Shown piece by piece: positions 39,309-49,160 of a stretch of 64,000 bases of DNA (position 1 is its first letter; every line of letters begins with the position of its first letter). Made by a program: the position numbers and the translations under genes. The notes under the pieces were generated by a model, which worked only from the letters and a program-made list of their open reading frames with translations, was not told the DNA's origin and did no database searches. This DNA is from Promethearchaeota archaeon (lineage in GTDB: Archaea > Asgardarchaeota > Lokiarchaeia > Sigyniarchaeales > SOKP01), in assembly GCA_019057795.1 (NCBI GenBank), contig JAHLWS010000065.1, positions 1-64,000 on the forward strand. Reading direction: 5' to 3'.

Positions 39309-40063
39309 TAGAAATCAACCTCCTCTTTTAGGGTTATCGTTCCATCCGTTGGATTATATTCGATTGGTCCGTTATCTTCAAGCATTTTTACTATAATTTT
39401 TTTGGCTTGGTCTTCTCTCATATCAATTGCAACTAATATATTTTTTAAATCTAAAGCACTTCCTAATTGTAAGGCTTTGATAAACTGAAATAATGAAGAG
39501 TTTATGTATTTCTTATTAATTAAAATTTTCATGGCAGCTACTCTATTTTCGTACGATTGAACGAATTTTTCCTTCTTTATAAAAGTATTTTCAAGCTCAG
39601 CTTCTAATGCGTTTAATTCTACTTCAAATTTTTCAATTTCTTTATATAAAGTAAACAATCTATCCTCAAGTTCTCTTAGACGCTGATCCCGACTTATTAA
39701 TTCTTCTTGTTTCAATTTAATGATCTGTTGTGTCTCATTCAACTCATTTTGTTTTTCCTGAATTTTTTGTAATAATTCTTGGCGCTTTTTCGTTAATTCA
39801 GCATTATCTTCTTCAAACTTTACGATATCTCGTTGATTTTGAGAAATCTCATTCTTGAAAGAATTAATTTCTTCATTGTTAGATTCTATAGTTTTCATTA
39901 GGTTGTTTTTTTCATCTTCGTATTTTTCTAACCCTTCAAGAATGCTTTCGGGTTGCATTCTTAATTTCGGTATATAATCGCTATTTAATCCGCTAATATC
40001 TACAATTATCGAAGTCATTTTCTTTAAAGATGTTTTAGCATCTAATATTGGTACCTCACTCAT
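39308..40063 (-). CDS. Coiled-coil protein with C-terminal winged-helix-like domain
   Basis: Long heptads, then LDLKNILVAIDMREDQAKKIIVKML...IEYNPTDGTITL; 1-nt overlap with the next gene. Confidence 0.72.
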   Translation of the reverse strand: MSEVPILDAKTSLKKMTSIIVDISGLNSDYIPKLRMQPESILEGLEKYEDEKNNLMKTIESNNEEINSFKNEISQNQRDIVKFEEDNAELTKKRQELLQKIQEKQNELNETQQIIKLKQEELISRDQRLRELEDRLFTLYKEIEKFEVELNALEAELENTFIKKEKFVQSYENRVAAMKILINKKYINSSLFQFIKALQLGSALDLKNILVAIDMREDQAKKIIVKMLEDNGPIEYNPTDGTITLKEEVDF

Positions 40064-40166
40064 ACTAATTTCTCCTAGATATTTTAAACTAAATTATAAT
40101 TTATTTATAGAGTATGCATTATTAAATTTGCATTTTCCCAAAACTTTATATAATTAAATTGAAAAA

Positions 40167-41003
40167 TTACATTTCTTTTGAGATATTTTTTATGAAGTTT
40201 TCCTTTTTGAGATTTAAATTGATCCCTCTTCTTCTCATTACTATATTTAAATTCTCAATAAGTTTCTCTGTGAAATATTTAAAATTAAAATGAAATGTAG
40301 GGTTTTTCCGGTAATAGCTTTTTAAAAAGAGGTTTAATAGCTCAATTTTGGATTTAGGATTATCCATTTCAAAAATTCCGGGATTGGTATCAAGTAAAGA
40401 GCAGCAAACCCATGCGATGTCGTCAATGTGATTTCCTTCGTAAGATTCTTCGAAATCCATACCATACAATTCGTTATTTGAAGGATTATATATGAAATCT
40501 CTTAGACGAGTGTCGCCTTTATTTAGAACTATAATTTCTGAAAGCTCGTTCTTCCCAATCGTATTATTTGTATGTAATTGAGTAAACCAATCTGCTAATT
40601 TTTCAACACAAATAATAATCTCTTTTTTAACAGCAGCGTCTAACTCGTTTAAATCAGCAACATCAACTAACTTATCGTTAATGTAATCGCATAAATTAAC
40701 CCCTTCCGCTTTTCCAAGGAATAAATAAGGTTTTTTATAAAATAATATATCGGGGATTAATAACTTTTGTTTCTTCAATCGTTTTAAAGTATTATATTCA
40801 TTATCGGCATTTTTAGTTCTAAATATTTTAACTATCGTTTCTTTAGGTAGTCTTTCCGTTTCTTTGTTAAAAATTAAGCTGATAACTGTATTTTGCTTAC
40901 TTTGTAAGGGAGATATAACAAAATGATTAAATTTATCAACCAATTCAGGAAGTTCTTCTCTAAGATCGGTAATGATTTCCTTTCTAATTTTTAAAAGCTC
41001 CAT
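40167..41003 (-). CDS. Protein-kinase-like (APH/choline kinase-type) phosphotransferase
   Basis: IVKIF, NEY, NKGDTRLRDF, GMDFEES, DDIAW. Confidence 0.65.
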   Translation of the reverse strand: MELLKIRKEIITDLREELPELVDKFNHFVISPLQSKQNTVISLIFNKETERLPKETIVKIFRTKNADNEYNTLKRLKKQKLLIPDILFYKKPYLFLGKAEGVNLCDYINDKLVDVADLNELDAAVKKEIIICVEKLADWFTQLHTNNTIGKNELSEIIVLNKGDTRLRDFIYNPSNNELYGMDFEESYEGNHIDDIAWVCCSLLDTNPGIFEMDNPKSKIELLNLFLKSYYRKNPTFHFNFKYFTEKLIENLNIVMRRRGINLNLKKENFIKNISKEM

Positions 41004-41235
41004 CTTGATAAAACGAAAATAAAACGGTGATTAATATATTCTGATTTATGGAACGCTGTAATTTAATAATAAATATCAAATATTTATATTAAATTTCTGT
41101 ATTAGTTTTTTGAAACTTTATTAAAATATTATTATTAGAATAATAAGTGAAGATGTTCAAGGCAAATATTATATGATTTATGAAATATCATAGTAATAAA
41201 TTAAAGTCTAGATTAAATTTATTCCTTGATGAGAT

Positions 41236-42114
41236 ATGGAAAAACAATATAAAATTGGGATTTTTTACGGACCGGCTCCAGATACAGAAATGTTAGCCCA
41301 AAAATTTGTTGGCAACCTTATCAACGACGATGAATTTTGTAAAGCATGTGAATTGCTCGAGCAAAAAGTTAAATGCGATCACTGTAGAGAACATTTAAGA
41401 AACTTTTCAAGTTCGGTTTATTTTTAGGATAAAATAGGAGAAAATATCCCAGATTTTATTGAAAACCCTGAAGAGTTTTTGCCAAAAACTATACCCCCAG
41501 TAGATTTTTTGATGGTAGTTGGAATTCATCAAGACTTACTTTCAGAATTACCAGAGTATTTGAAAGATAAAAAAATTAAAGCGGTAATTATCCCTATTGA
41601 GAATCCTAAATGGGTGCCCCCAGGATTACAAGTACAAGTATTAGAAGATTTTGAAAGATTGGGAATTCAAGCAGCGTTTCCAAAACCTTTTTGTTCATTG
41701 AGTAAAGAACTGAACGAATACATCAAAGTAGGGTTTAATCTCACTAAAAACCACGATTATATTATTGAATTTATTGATTATTACAAAATTGGAGAACCCA
41801 TTGTTTCATTCATTTTGAGCGACGATGGAAAAGCAATTTTGGATACATGCGTTTTACAAAGCGCACCATGCGGCTCTACATTCTATATCCTCCAACAATT
41901 GAAAGCTAAATATATTGATGACGATGAATTAAGTTTAAACGAAAGAATTAGTAAAGCTCATCATTCCTATCCTTGCAATGCATCAATGGATAAAGATTTA
42001 ATATTAAAAGATTCAATACTCCATATAGGTGGAATTCTCGTAAGAAACGCGGTTAGAAACGAATTGGGGCTTAAAGAACATGAAGGTCGTAAAATGGCAT
42101 ATGTCGCCCCTTAA
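41236..42114 (+). pseudogene. DUF166 family protein interrupted by an in-frame TAG at 41425-41427 (readthrough, mutation or error)
   Basis: ORFs 41236-41427 and 41479-42114 share a frame; FIENPEEFLP, PKPFCSL, SAPCGST, HHSYPCNASM. Confidence 0.75.
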
Positions 42115-42355
42115 TTTTAACCATTTTTACTATTTTTAAAACATAATTCACGCTTCGTAATAATATTTAATATGGCAATTTATATTTTATAAAAAGAACT
42201 TGAGTTTTGATCAATAAAATTAGTAGCTAAAATTAAATCTGTTAATCTTTTAATAGTTTAACAGCTAACACTAATATATTCACATTTTTAACGGAAGTTA
42301 GCTCGTTTTTATTATATAATATGAACCTTTTTAGACGTAATTAAATTCATTAATC

Positions 42356-44524
42356 ATGGTGAGTCATATAACTCAATGTACAAAAACGCTGTGTCTCGAC
42401 GAAGGTTTTGAAGTAGAAAAAGAATCTCTTTTTGAAAAAAAATTTTGGTATTTCATAATTCCATCATTGATCTTGCTTGGATTATCAATCACTTTAGAAC
42501 TTCTAACTGACTCTGTTTTATTAAGTCAGGTTTTAGCTGCTGCTTCAATTCTACTCTCAGGTTATGGAATATTAAAAGAGGCTATAGAAGATGTCTTATC
42601 TAAAAAGATTACAGCTAATATTCTAATGTTAGTCGCTGGTATTGCGTCTTTCTTTATATTGCATGGTCAGGAAGGCGCTATGGCGATTTTACTTTATGCA
42701 ATAGCTGAATATTTAGAGGAATTAACTACTGAAAAATCTAAAAATGCGATCAAAGAATTACTTGAATTAGCTCCAGATGACGCTCTATTAAAGATTGAAG
42801 ATAGCTACGAGAAAGTACCGACTGAAACTGTAAAAATCGGTGAAATAATCGGTATTAAACCAGGAATGAAAGCCCCTCTGGATGGAATAATTGTAAAAGG
42901 GAAATCTTATTTCGACGAAAGTGCAATAACAGGCGAGTCCTTACCTATTTTCAAAGAAGAAAACGATGAAATCTTTGCCGCAAGTATTAATAACGATAGT
43001 TTTGTGGATATAGAAGTAATAAGAGAGAGTTCAAACACAGTTGTGGCCAAAATAGCCGAAAGTATTAAATTAGCTCAACAAAACAAAAGCGATAGCGAAC
43101 GATTTATTGAAAAGTTTGCTAAATATTATACGCCAATTATATTGATTAGCGCGCTCCTTGTTATGATTATACCCACGGTCGTATTTAGCCTTGATTTTAA
43201 CGTGTGGTTTTACCGAGGTTTAATTTTATTAGTAGTTTCTTGTCCTTGTGCTCTCACATTGTCAACTCCTTTAGCTAATATAGCCGCGCTCACAAAATTG
43301 GCAAAGGAAGGAATACTGGTTAAAGGAAACAAATTTATTGAAATAGCGAAAAATATCGAGTTAATTGCGTTTGATAAGACCGGAACTCTTACGGAAGGAA
43401 ATTTAAAAGTTTTTAATATTATTAATTATTCCAGCAATAATAATAATAAACAAGAGATTCTTAAAATAGCTGCTAGCTTAGAAATTCTTTCAGAGCACCC
43501 AATTGGAAAAGCTATCGTTTATCAAGCGAAACAAATGCAATTACCGTTATATAATGTGGAAGACTTTAGAATTACTAAAGGTAAAGGTATTAAAGGAGTA
43601 ATTCAAGGGGAAGTATATTATGTAGGAAGTAAGAATTACCTTGAAGAATTAAAGATTGACCTTCCTGATGATATCTTTGAAGAAACCGAATTATCTGGAA
43701 CTATTCCTATATTACTTGGAAACAATAAAACTATTATGGGTATAATTACAATCAGAGATGTGTTAAGAGTTTCAGCACCCCTCTTAGTCGACGGTTTGAA
43801 AAAACGAGGTTATAAGTCAGTCCTTATTTCGGGAGATAATCAGCTAGTATGTAACACAATAGGGGAATGTTTAGATATAGATTCTTACTACGGTGAATTG
43901 TTACCCGACCAAAAATTAGAGGAAATTGAAAATTTTAAAAAGAAATTTAACGGAGTGGCTATGGTTGGTGACGGAATAAACGATGCTCCAGCCTTAGCAT
44001 TATCAGATTTAGGAATTGCGATCGGTGCTTCGGCAACGGATTTAACTTTAGAAACAGCGGATGTTATTATAATGAGCGACGATTTAAAGAAAATTATAAC
44101 CTTCTTTGATATTACAAAAAGGACCAATAGAATCATAAGACAAAACATTTGGACTTCGATAATTGTCAAAGTTGCTTTCGCGATTCTCACAGTCTTAGGT
44201 TTTATGACGCTGTGGCTTGCGGTTGGAATAGCCGATATGGGCGTGTCATTACTCGTTTTAATCAATGGAATGACCATTTTCAGGTATAAAATAAAGTTTA
44301 AAGAACTCTCTTTAGAGAACTTAGAAAGCAATGCAAAATTAATTCTTTGTCAAAGTTGCGAAACTAAAAAAATTATACCTCAACACCATGGTCGAGATAT
44401 GATCGAAAAAGATGGAAAACTAATTTGTTGGAGAAAATTACTAAGTAGCGAAGATTTAGAACCATGTCAAGAGGAATTACCTTTATTTTGCCCTAAATGT
44501 AATAATGAGTTACATGTAATTTAA
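42356..44524 (+). CDS. Heavy-metal P1B-type ATPase (ZntA/CadA-like) with Cys/His-rich C-terminal extension
   Basis: TGES, SCPCAL, DKTGT, SEHP, GDGINDAP. Confidence 0.92.
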   Translation: MVSHITQCTKTLCLDEGFEVEKESLFEKKFWYFIIPSLILLGLSITLELLTDSVLLSQVLAAASILLSGYGILKEAIEDVLSKKITANILMLVAGIASFFILHGQEGAMAILLYAIAEYLEELTTEKSKNAIKELLELAPDDALLKIEDSYEKVPTETVKIGEIIGIKPGMKAPLDGIIVKGKSYFDESAITGESLPIFKEENDEIFAASINNDSFVDIEVIRESSNTVVAKIAESIKLAQQNKSDSERFIEKFAKYYTPIILISALLVMIIPTVVFSLDFNVWFYRGLILLVVSCPCALTLSTPLANIAALTKLAKEGILVKGNKFIEIAKNIELIAFDKTGTLTEGNLKVFNIINYSSNNNNKQEILKIAASLEILSEHPIGKAIVYQAKQMQLPLYNVEDFRITKGKGIKGVIQGEVYYVGSKNYLEELKIDLPDDIFEETELSGTIPILLGNNKTIMGIITIRDVLRVSAPLLVDGLKKRGYKSVLISGDNQLVCNTIGECLDIDSYYGELLPDQKLEEIENFKKKFNGVAMVGDGINDAPALALSDLGIAIGASATDLTLETADVIIMSDDLKKIITFFDITKRTNRIIRQNIWTSIIVKVAFAILTVLGFMTLWLAVGIADMGVSLLVLINGMTIFRYKIKFKELSLENLESNAKLILCQSCETKKIIPQHHGRDMIEKDGKLICWRKLLSSEDLEPCQEELPLFCPKCNNELHVI

Positions 44525-44699
44525 ATCTGCGATTTTTTAAAAAATCTTCTTTCTTTCTCATTTAAAAGAATAAAAATAACTCTTTTTCAAACCCAAGTAA
44601 TAATCTGATATACAATGTAAAAAAGAAACCTAATGATATCTTTTATTGTCTAAACATAAAGATTCTTTCCCAATTATTTTAAAAGTAAGAATGTTTAAA

Positions 44700-44784
44700 T
44701 GCGGGAAGGGAGATTCGAACTCCCGAACCCCTACGGGACTGGATTCTGAGTCCAGCGCCTTTGACCAAGCTTGGCAATTCCCGC
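44700..44784 (-). tRNA. tRNA-Leu(CAG)
   Basis: GCGGGAA/TTCCCGC acceptor stem, CTGGA-CTCAGAA-TCCAG anticodon arm, long variable arm, GTTCGAATC T-loop, discriminator A, no encoded CCA. Confidence 0.95.
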
Positions 44785-44981
44785 ATTGAATTAATTTTCG
44801 AAAGTTTCCTTTGCCAATAATATTAGAGACTGAGGAATATAATTACACGAAATTTTTATATCTTGTGAACTTTGCAGTTGTTAAAGTCCAGTTTTTAAAA
44901 TACTAAAATTAAGAAAAACCTAATATTAAAATAAATTAAAATCTTATACATCGATAACTAATCGAAAGGGGAATTTAAATA

Positions 44982-45776
44982 ATGCCTAAGGTTAAAATTA
45001 ATAATTTTAATTTATACTACGAAGTTTACGGCGAAGGCCATCCTCTATTAATGATCTTAGGTTTGGGGGCAAATACTAGCTGGTGGGGGAGATATTTTCT
45101 TAAAGAGTTAGCAAAACATTTTAAAGTTATTGTGTTCGATAATAGAGGAACAGGACAATCTGACGATCCCAAACTGGATTACAAAATAAAATCATTAGCA
45201 GATGACACAATTGGTTTAATGGATGCCTTAAACATTGATTATGCTCATCTTTTCGGGCACTCAATGGGAGGTGGTATTGCCCAAGAGTTGGTTCTAAACT
45301 ATGATAGGGTAAATAAGTTAATTTTATGTTCCACAAGTTGTGGCGGCCCTAAATCTATTTTAGCATCTCCAGAAGTATTACAAATTGTAGGGAAGCCAAG
45401 AGAGGGCCGAACTATAGAAGAAATAGCAAAAGAAACTTTGACTATATTCTATTCAAACGAATTCATAAAAAACAACCCTATGCTTATTGGATATGCGATT
45501 CAAAACATGGGAAAAACGCCAATGTCGCCCGAAAATTACGAACGTCAAACAAAGGCAATTGAATCGTTCAACACATGCGATAAATTAAAAGAATTAAAGA
45601 AATCTACCTTAATCATGCATGGAAAGAAGGACATTTTAGTTCCACCTCAAAACGCCAAAATCCTCGCTGAATTAATAGTAAATTCCCAAATCACTTGGTT
45701 TAATAAAAGCGCACATGCTCCTTTTGTCGAAGAACCATATTTGGTCTTAAATGCTATAATTGAATTTCTGAAATAA
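44982..45776 (+). CDS. Alpha/beta hydrolase
   Basis: DNRGTGQS, GHSMGG, HGKKD, SAH. Confidence 0.9.
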   Translation: MPKVKINNFNLYYEVYGEGHPLLMILGLGANTSWWGRYFLKELAKHFKVIVFDNRGTGQSDDPKLDYKIKSLADDTIGLMDALNIDYAHLFGHSMGGGIAQELVLNYDRVNKLILCSTSCGGPKSILASPEVLQIVGKPREGRTIEEIAKETLTIFYSNEFIKNNPMLIGYAIQNMGKTPMSPENYERQTKAIESFNTCDKLKELKKSTLIMHGKKDILVPPQNAKILAELIVNSQITWFNKSAHAPFVEEPYLVLNAIIEFLK

Positions 45777-45867
45777 ATTCTACATCTATTTTTAAAGCAA
45801 AAATAATAATATATTATTAATCCTAACTAGAGTTATTAAGTAAAGAAAGCAATTTAAATTAAATAAA

Positions 45868-46632
45868 ATGCCAGACGAGCAACCCCCAGCTAAAAATAAC
45901 ACGAAAGAAGAAGAAAATATTCCTGAAAGACAAGTTCAAGAGATTATCGTTTATCAATTCAATGACGAAATCGGTGAATTCCAGGAATTGATTATTGATC
46001 CTGACCTACGATTATCAGAGTTGTTAGATGATGATTTTGTTCTTCTTTTTGTAGATCCGCAGCATTATAGAGTCTGGCTGTGGTACGGCTATAATTGTAC
46101 TACAAGAATGAAATTCATCGCTGCAAAGATTTCTCCAGCTATAAGAGACAAACACGGAGTTGCCTTTAAAATTACTGCTGTTGACCAAGATGACGAAACA
46201 CATGGTTTTAAAGAAATGATGGGGTTAGAGAAAGCGATCGATTATGAACTTACTCAAACTGGACCTGCTTATGAAGGTACAGCTGAAGATCTTGAGCTTC
46301 TTGAGTCTTTATCGAGGGAAAAAATAATCCTAATACTTGAAAAAGCGGGAATTCCTGAAGGATTTGAACGAAAAATTGTTATTGTAAAAAATGATATCTT
46401 TGGGTATCGCGAATATGAACGAAATTATCTAGGTTCTGTAATTAAAGAAAAGCAGTTATTCCCTTTAAAAGAAGAAATCGAAGATGGAACCTATTTAGCT
46501 GATAAATATATCCCCAGAATGCTTTTTTCGTATAATAAGGTTGTGCTAACCGAGCTGTTGCAGAGGGTAGAAGTGGAAGAAGGAGGAGAAGGCGATGATA
46601 TCATAAAAAAAAAGCCACTTAAAGTAAAATAA
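45868..46632 (+). CDS. Gelsolin-domain protein with additional C-terminal domain (Asgard 1DGelX-like)
   Basis: LLDDDFVLLFVD...VWLWYG...KFIAAK...VDQDDETHGF fits the gelsolin repeat pattern. Confidence 0.7.
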   Translation: MPDEQPPAKNNTKEEENIPERQVQEIIVYQFNDEIGEFQELIIDPDLRLSELLDDDFVLLFVDPQHYRVWLWYGYNCTTRMKFIAAKISPAIRDKHGVAFKITAVDQDDETHGFKEMMGLEKAIDYELTQTGPAYEGTAEDLELLESLSREKIILILEKAGIPEGFERKIVIVKNDIFGYREYERNYLGSVIKEKQLFPLKEEIEDGTYLADKYIPRMLFSYNKVVLTELLQRVEVEEGGEGDDIIKKKPLKVK

Positions 46633-46784
46633 TGAATAAAATGAGTTCATTAAAATCAAAACGGTACCAAAAAAGAAAGAAGTATATACGAAAAAAGCAG
46701 AATAAAAAGGCATGGATAACATTAGCGCTAATATCGATATTTCTAGTTAGTATTTTAGTAAGTGTTATTATTGCGATAGTTTAA
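46632..46784 (+). CDS. Tail-anchored microprotein, 50 aa (not in the ORF track)
   Basis: TAATG overlap with the gelsolin gene; MNKMSSLKSKRYQKRKKYIRKKQNKKAWITLALISIFLVSILVSVIIAIV. Confidence 0.65.
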   Translation: MNKMSSLKSKRYQKRKKYIRKKQNKKAWITLALISIFLVSILVSVIIAIV

Positions 46785-46865
46785 ATCCCTTAATGTTTCT
46801 AAACGATCAACTATTTAATGAACTTCTTTTTATTTTACATAATAACATCATGAAGTATTAATTAA

Positions 46866-47578
46866 ATGAAGTTAAAACGAATAGATTACGTCTTTATAAT
46901 TCTGTTAATCGTGCTTACGATTATTTCAATTGATTTCCTATTAAATGAAGCTCATAGAGAAGCTATAGAAAACCTTTCCAAATATCCCCCCTTTCAAAAT
47001 TTAGCATCTGGGCTTCTAATAACCTTTCTTGTTTGTTTAATAGGAAACCTATTACCTATTCCTACACCATATACATTTGTAGTTTGCTTTAGTTCGCTTC
47101 CATTTTTACAATTAAATTTGATCATCCCTTTAATTGTCGCTTTAAAGCAAGTTTAGGTTGTTTATTTGGCGAATTGGGGGGTTATTTTGTTGGTAGAGGC
47201 GTTTCAGAGTTCATTTCTGAAGAACAGAGAAAAAAATTAAAGAATTATCAACAGTTCTTAGTAGAACATCCAAAAATTGCTCCTTTTGCTATATTTTTTG
47301 CCGCTTTAACTCCCATATCTGACGATCTTATCACAATTCCCCTTGGATTAATAAAATATTCTTTGAAAAAGACAATATTTTGGTGTTGGCTTGGGAAATT
47401 AGGTTTGATGTTAATTTTCTCTTATAACTTCTTAAATATTTGCAGTTTATTGGGAGGAGAAAGTTGGATTCTAAGCGTAGTTTCATTATATGTTATGGTA
47501 ATCTTCTTATATGCTATGTTGAAAATAAATTTTCTAGACTTAGTAAAAAAATATGTAAAAAGAAAATCAAATAAATAA
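46866..47578 (+). pseudogene. DedA/VTT-domain membrane protein split by a -1 frameshift near 47141-47147
   Basis: GNLLPIPTPY in frame 0; ASLGCLFGELGGYFVGRG, LTPISDD, PLGL in the -1 frame. Confidence 0.7.
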
Positions 47579-47597
47579 AAAGTTATGGATTTTTAAT

Positions 47598-49130
47598 TTA
47601 CTTTTCCTTAATTGAGATTTCCGTACCTGGTAAAGAAACGCTCCCCGATGTCATCCCTTCGGCTTTCATATAATCGTCGATCGTTCTTTCTTCTACTTCT
47701 TTAATATATTCTTGTAGTTCAGAATGGATATCTTGAGAAAGTTCAGGAGGGTTATAATCCCGCAATATTTCCTCGACTTTTTCGCGAGCTGACTCCATAA
47801 TATCTTTTGAACCCTTCTTTCGCCAAGTACTTCTTCTATTCCTATTAATAAGTTTATGAATTGGCATATATAATTCTTGCTTCATATGTTTACGCGTGTG
47901 TTTTTCAGCCAAGAAAGTAGCACCAGGCTTTTCATTCAATGCTATTTTTTTAATAGTTTCTAACCCTATTGTATCATCATTTACAATAATACCCTCAGTT
48001 GCTCTTTTTACCATGCCAGCTAACTCGTCATCAATTACAAGAAGCTCCAAAGCTTCGACTAAAGTAGCTTCGTAAGTCCCAGCGCACGTAATGTAATTTA
48101 TTCCAGCCTGTGCTGCAAGTAAAAGCGTCTGAAATCGTTCAAAACCATTTTGTAGGTCGAAACATTTAGAATCGGTTACCAAACCAGGACCTCTTGAAGG
48201 AATATTGTAAAATCGCGCAAGTTGTGCAATACCCACAGTGATAAGTCCAGTTTCAATACTCCCAATAGCTGAGTTCCCAGATCGCATGTCAGTTATGTGA
48301 GATACGGTTCCATAAAAAATTGGAGCTCCCGGGTTAAAGATTTGAGCAAGAATAGCACCACCAAGAATTTCAGCGTTGGTTTGGGCTAATAATCCCGCTA
48401 AGGTAACTGGTGCTGAGGATCCAGCAAGAGCTTCAGGAGCAACTATTGTTGGCTGCTTGTATTTCGCAAAGATTTGTAATCCATTTGTCATGATTTGGGG
48501 GAAATGAAGCGGGCTAGTAGGGCTAAAAAACCCAACAAGGCGAGGTCTGTTAATTAATTCATCATTTCCTCCTACAACTATAGAGACCATGTTCATCATA
48601 TCTGTACTTGCAAGCTTCCCGTAAACGCCTAGGCCGTAAGGTTTTCTGGTATTTTTAGCCCATTCATAGATACAACGTACGTGGATTGTTGTGTATTGTA
48701 TATCTCCCGGCCACACATCTACATGTGAACATACGATGTTTTCCAGACTATCTACGACTCGTATCTGTTTAATCGTATCATCTAATAAAGATTTTCGTAT
48801 GCCACTCTTATTCTCGGGATCGTATATTTTAACTGGAGTTCCTATAGTTGCAAAAATGGTATCGTGCGTATTTACTTTAAAATTAAAAGAGCCATCAGGT
48901 CCGTGTAATTTAAAAGAACTAGGGACTTTTTTTATCTGCTCTTCAATAAAATTTTCAGGGAATTTTACAAATTTGGTATTATCATTAATAATAGCGCCTT
49001 TTTCCTGAAGTAACTCCCTAACATCTTGAGTATCAATTTTAATACCGACTGTTGATAGTAATTCCATAGATGCGGAATGAATTAATTCAATTTCATCCTT
49101 CGTTAAAACCTCAATTTGATTCATTTTCAT
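47598..49130 (-). CDS. Trimethylamine-methyltransferase (MttB) superfamily protein, non-pyrrolysine
   Basis: SPLHF, AGSSAPVTLAGLLAQTNAEILGG, PGAPIFYG, DSKCFDLQNGFER, IDDE. Confidence 0.9.
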   Translation of the reverse strand: MKMNQIEVLTKDEIELIHSASMELLSTVGIKIDTQDVRELLQEKGAIINDNTKFVKFPENFIEEQIKKVPSSFKLHGPDGSFNFKVNTHDTIFATIGTPVKIYDPENKSGIRKSLLDDTIKQIRVVDSLENIVCSHVDVWPGDIQYTTIHVRCIYEWAKNTRKPYGLGVYGKLASTDMMNMVSIVVGGNDELINRPRLVGFFSPTSPLHFPQIMTNGLQIFAKYKQPTIVAPEALAGSSAPVTLAGLLAQTNAEILGGAILAQIFNPGAPIFYGTVSHITDMRSGNSAIGSIETGLITVGIAQLARFYNIPSRGPGLVTDSKCFDLQNGFERFQTLLLAAQAGINYITCAGTYEATLVEALELLVIDDELAGMVKRATEGIIVNDDTIGLETIKKIALNEKPGATFLAEKHTRKHMKQELYMPIHKLINRNRRSTWRKKGSKDIMESAREKVEEILRDYNPPELSQDIHSELQEYIKEVEERTIDDYMKAEGMTSGSVSLPGTEISIKEK

Positions 49131-49160
49131 AGTTAATCAGACTTACACTCTTATTTTTAT

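Noticed and set aside
38571-40063. ESCRT-III/CdvB or SMC assignment
   Set aside because: No recognisable Snf7 pattern, no ATPase motifs and no Vps4 or other ESCRT gene nearby.
44524-44982. Integrated element at tRNA-Leu
   Set aside because: No integrase, and I saw no duplicate of the tRNA 3' end in the window.
46600-46640. -1 frameshift on the A-run fusing the gelsolin protein to the tail anchor
   Set aside because: The -1 frame hits TAA (GCC ACT TAA) before reaching the small ORF; translational coupling explains the layout.
47598-49130. Pyrrolysine-containing trimethylamine methyltransferase
   Set aside because: The ORF has no internal amber codon, and no pyl genes are visible in the window.
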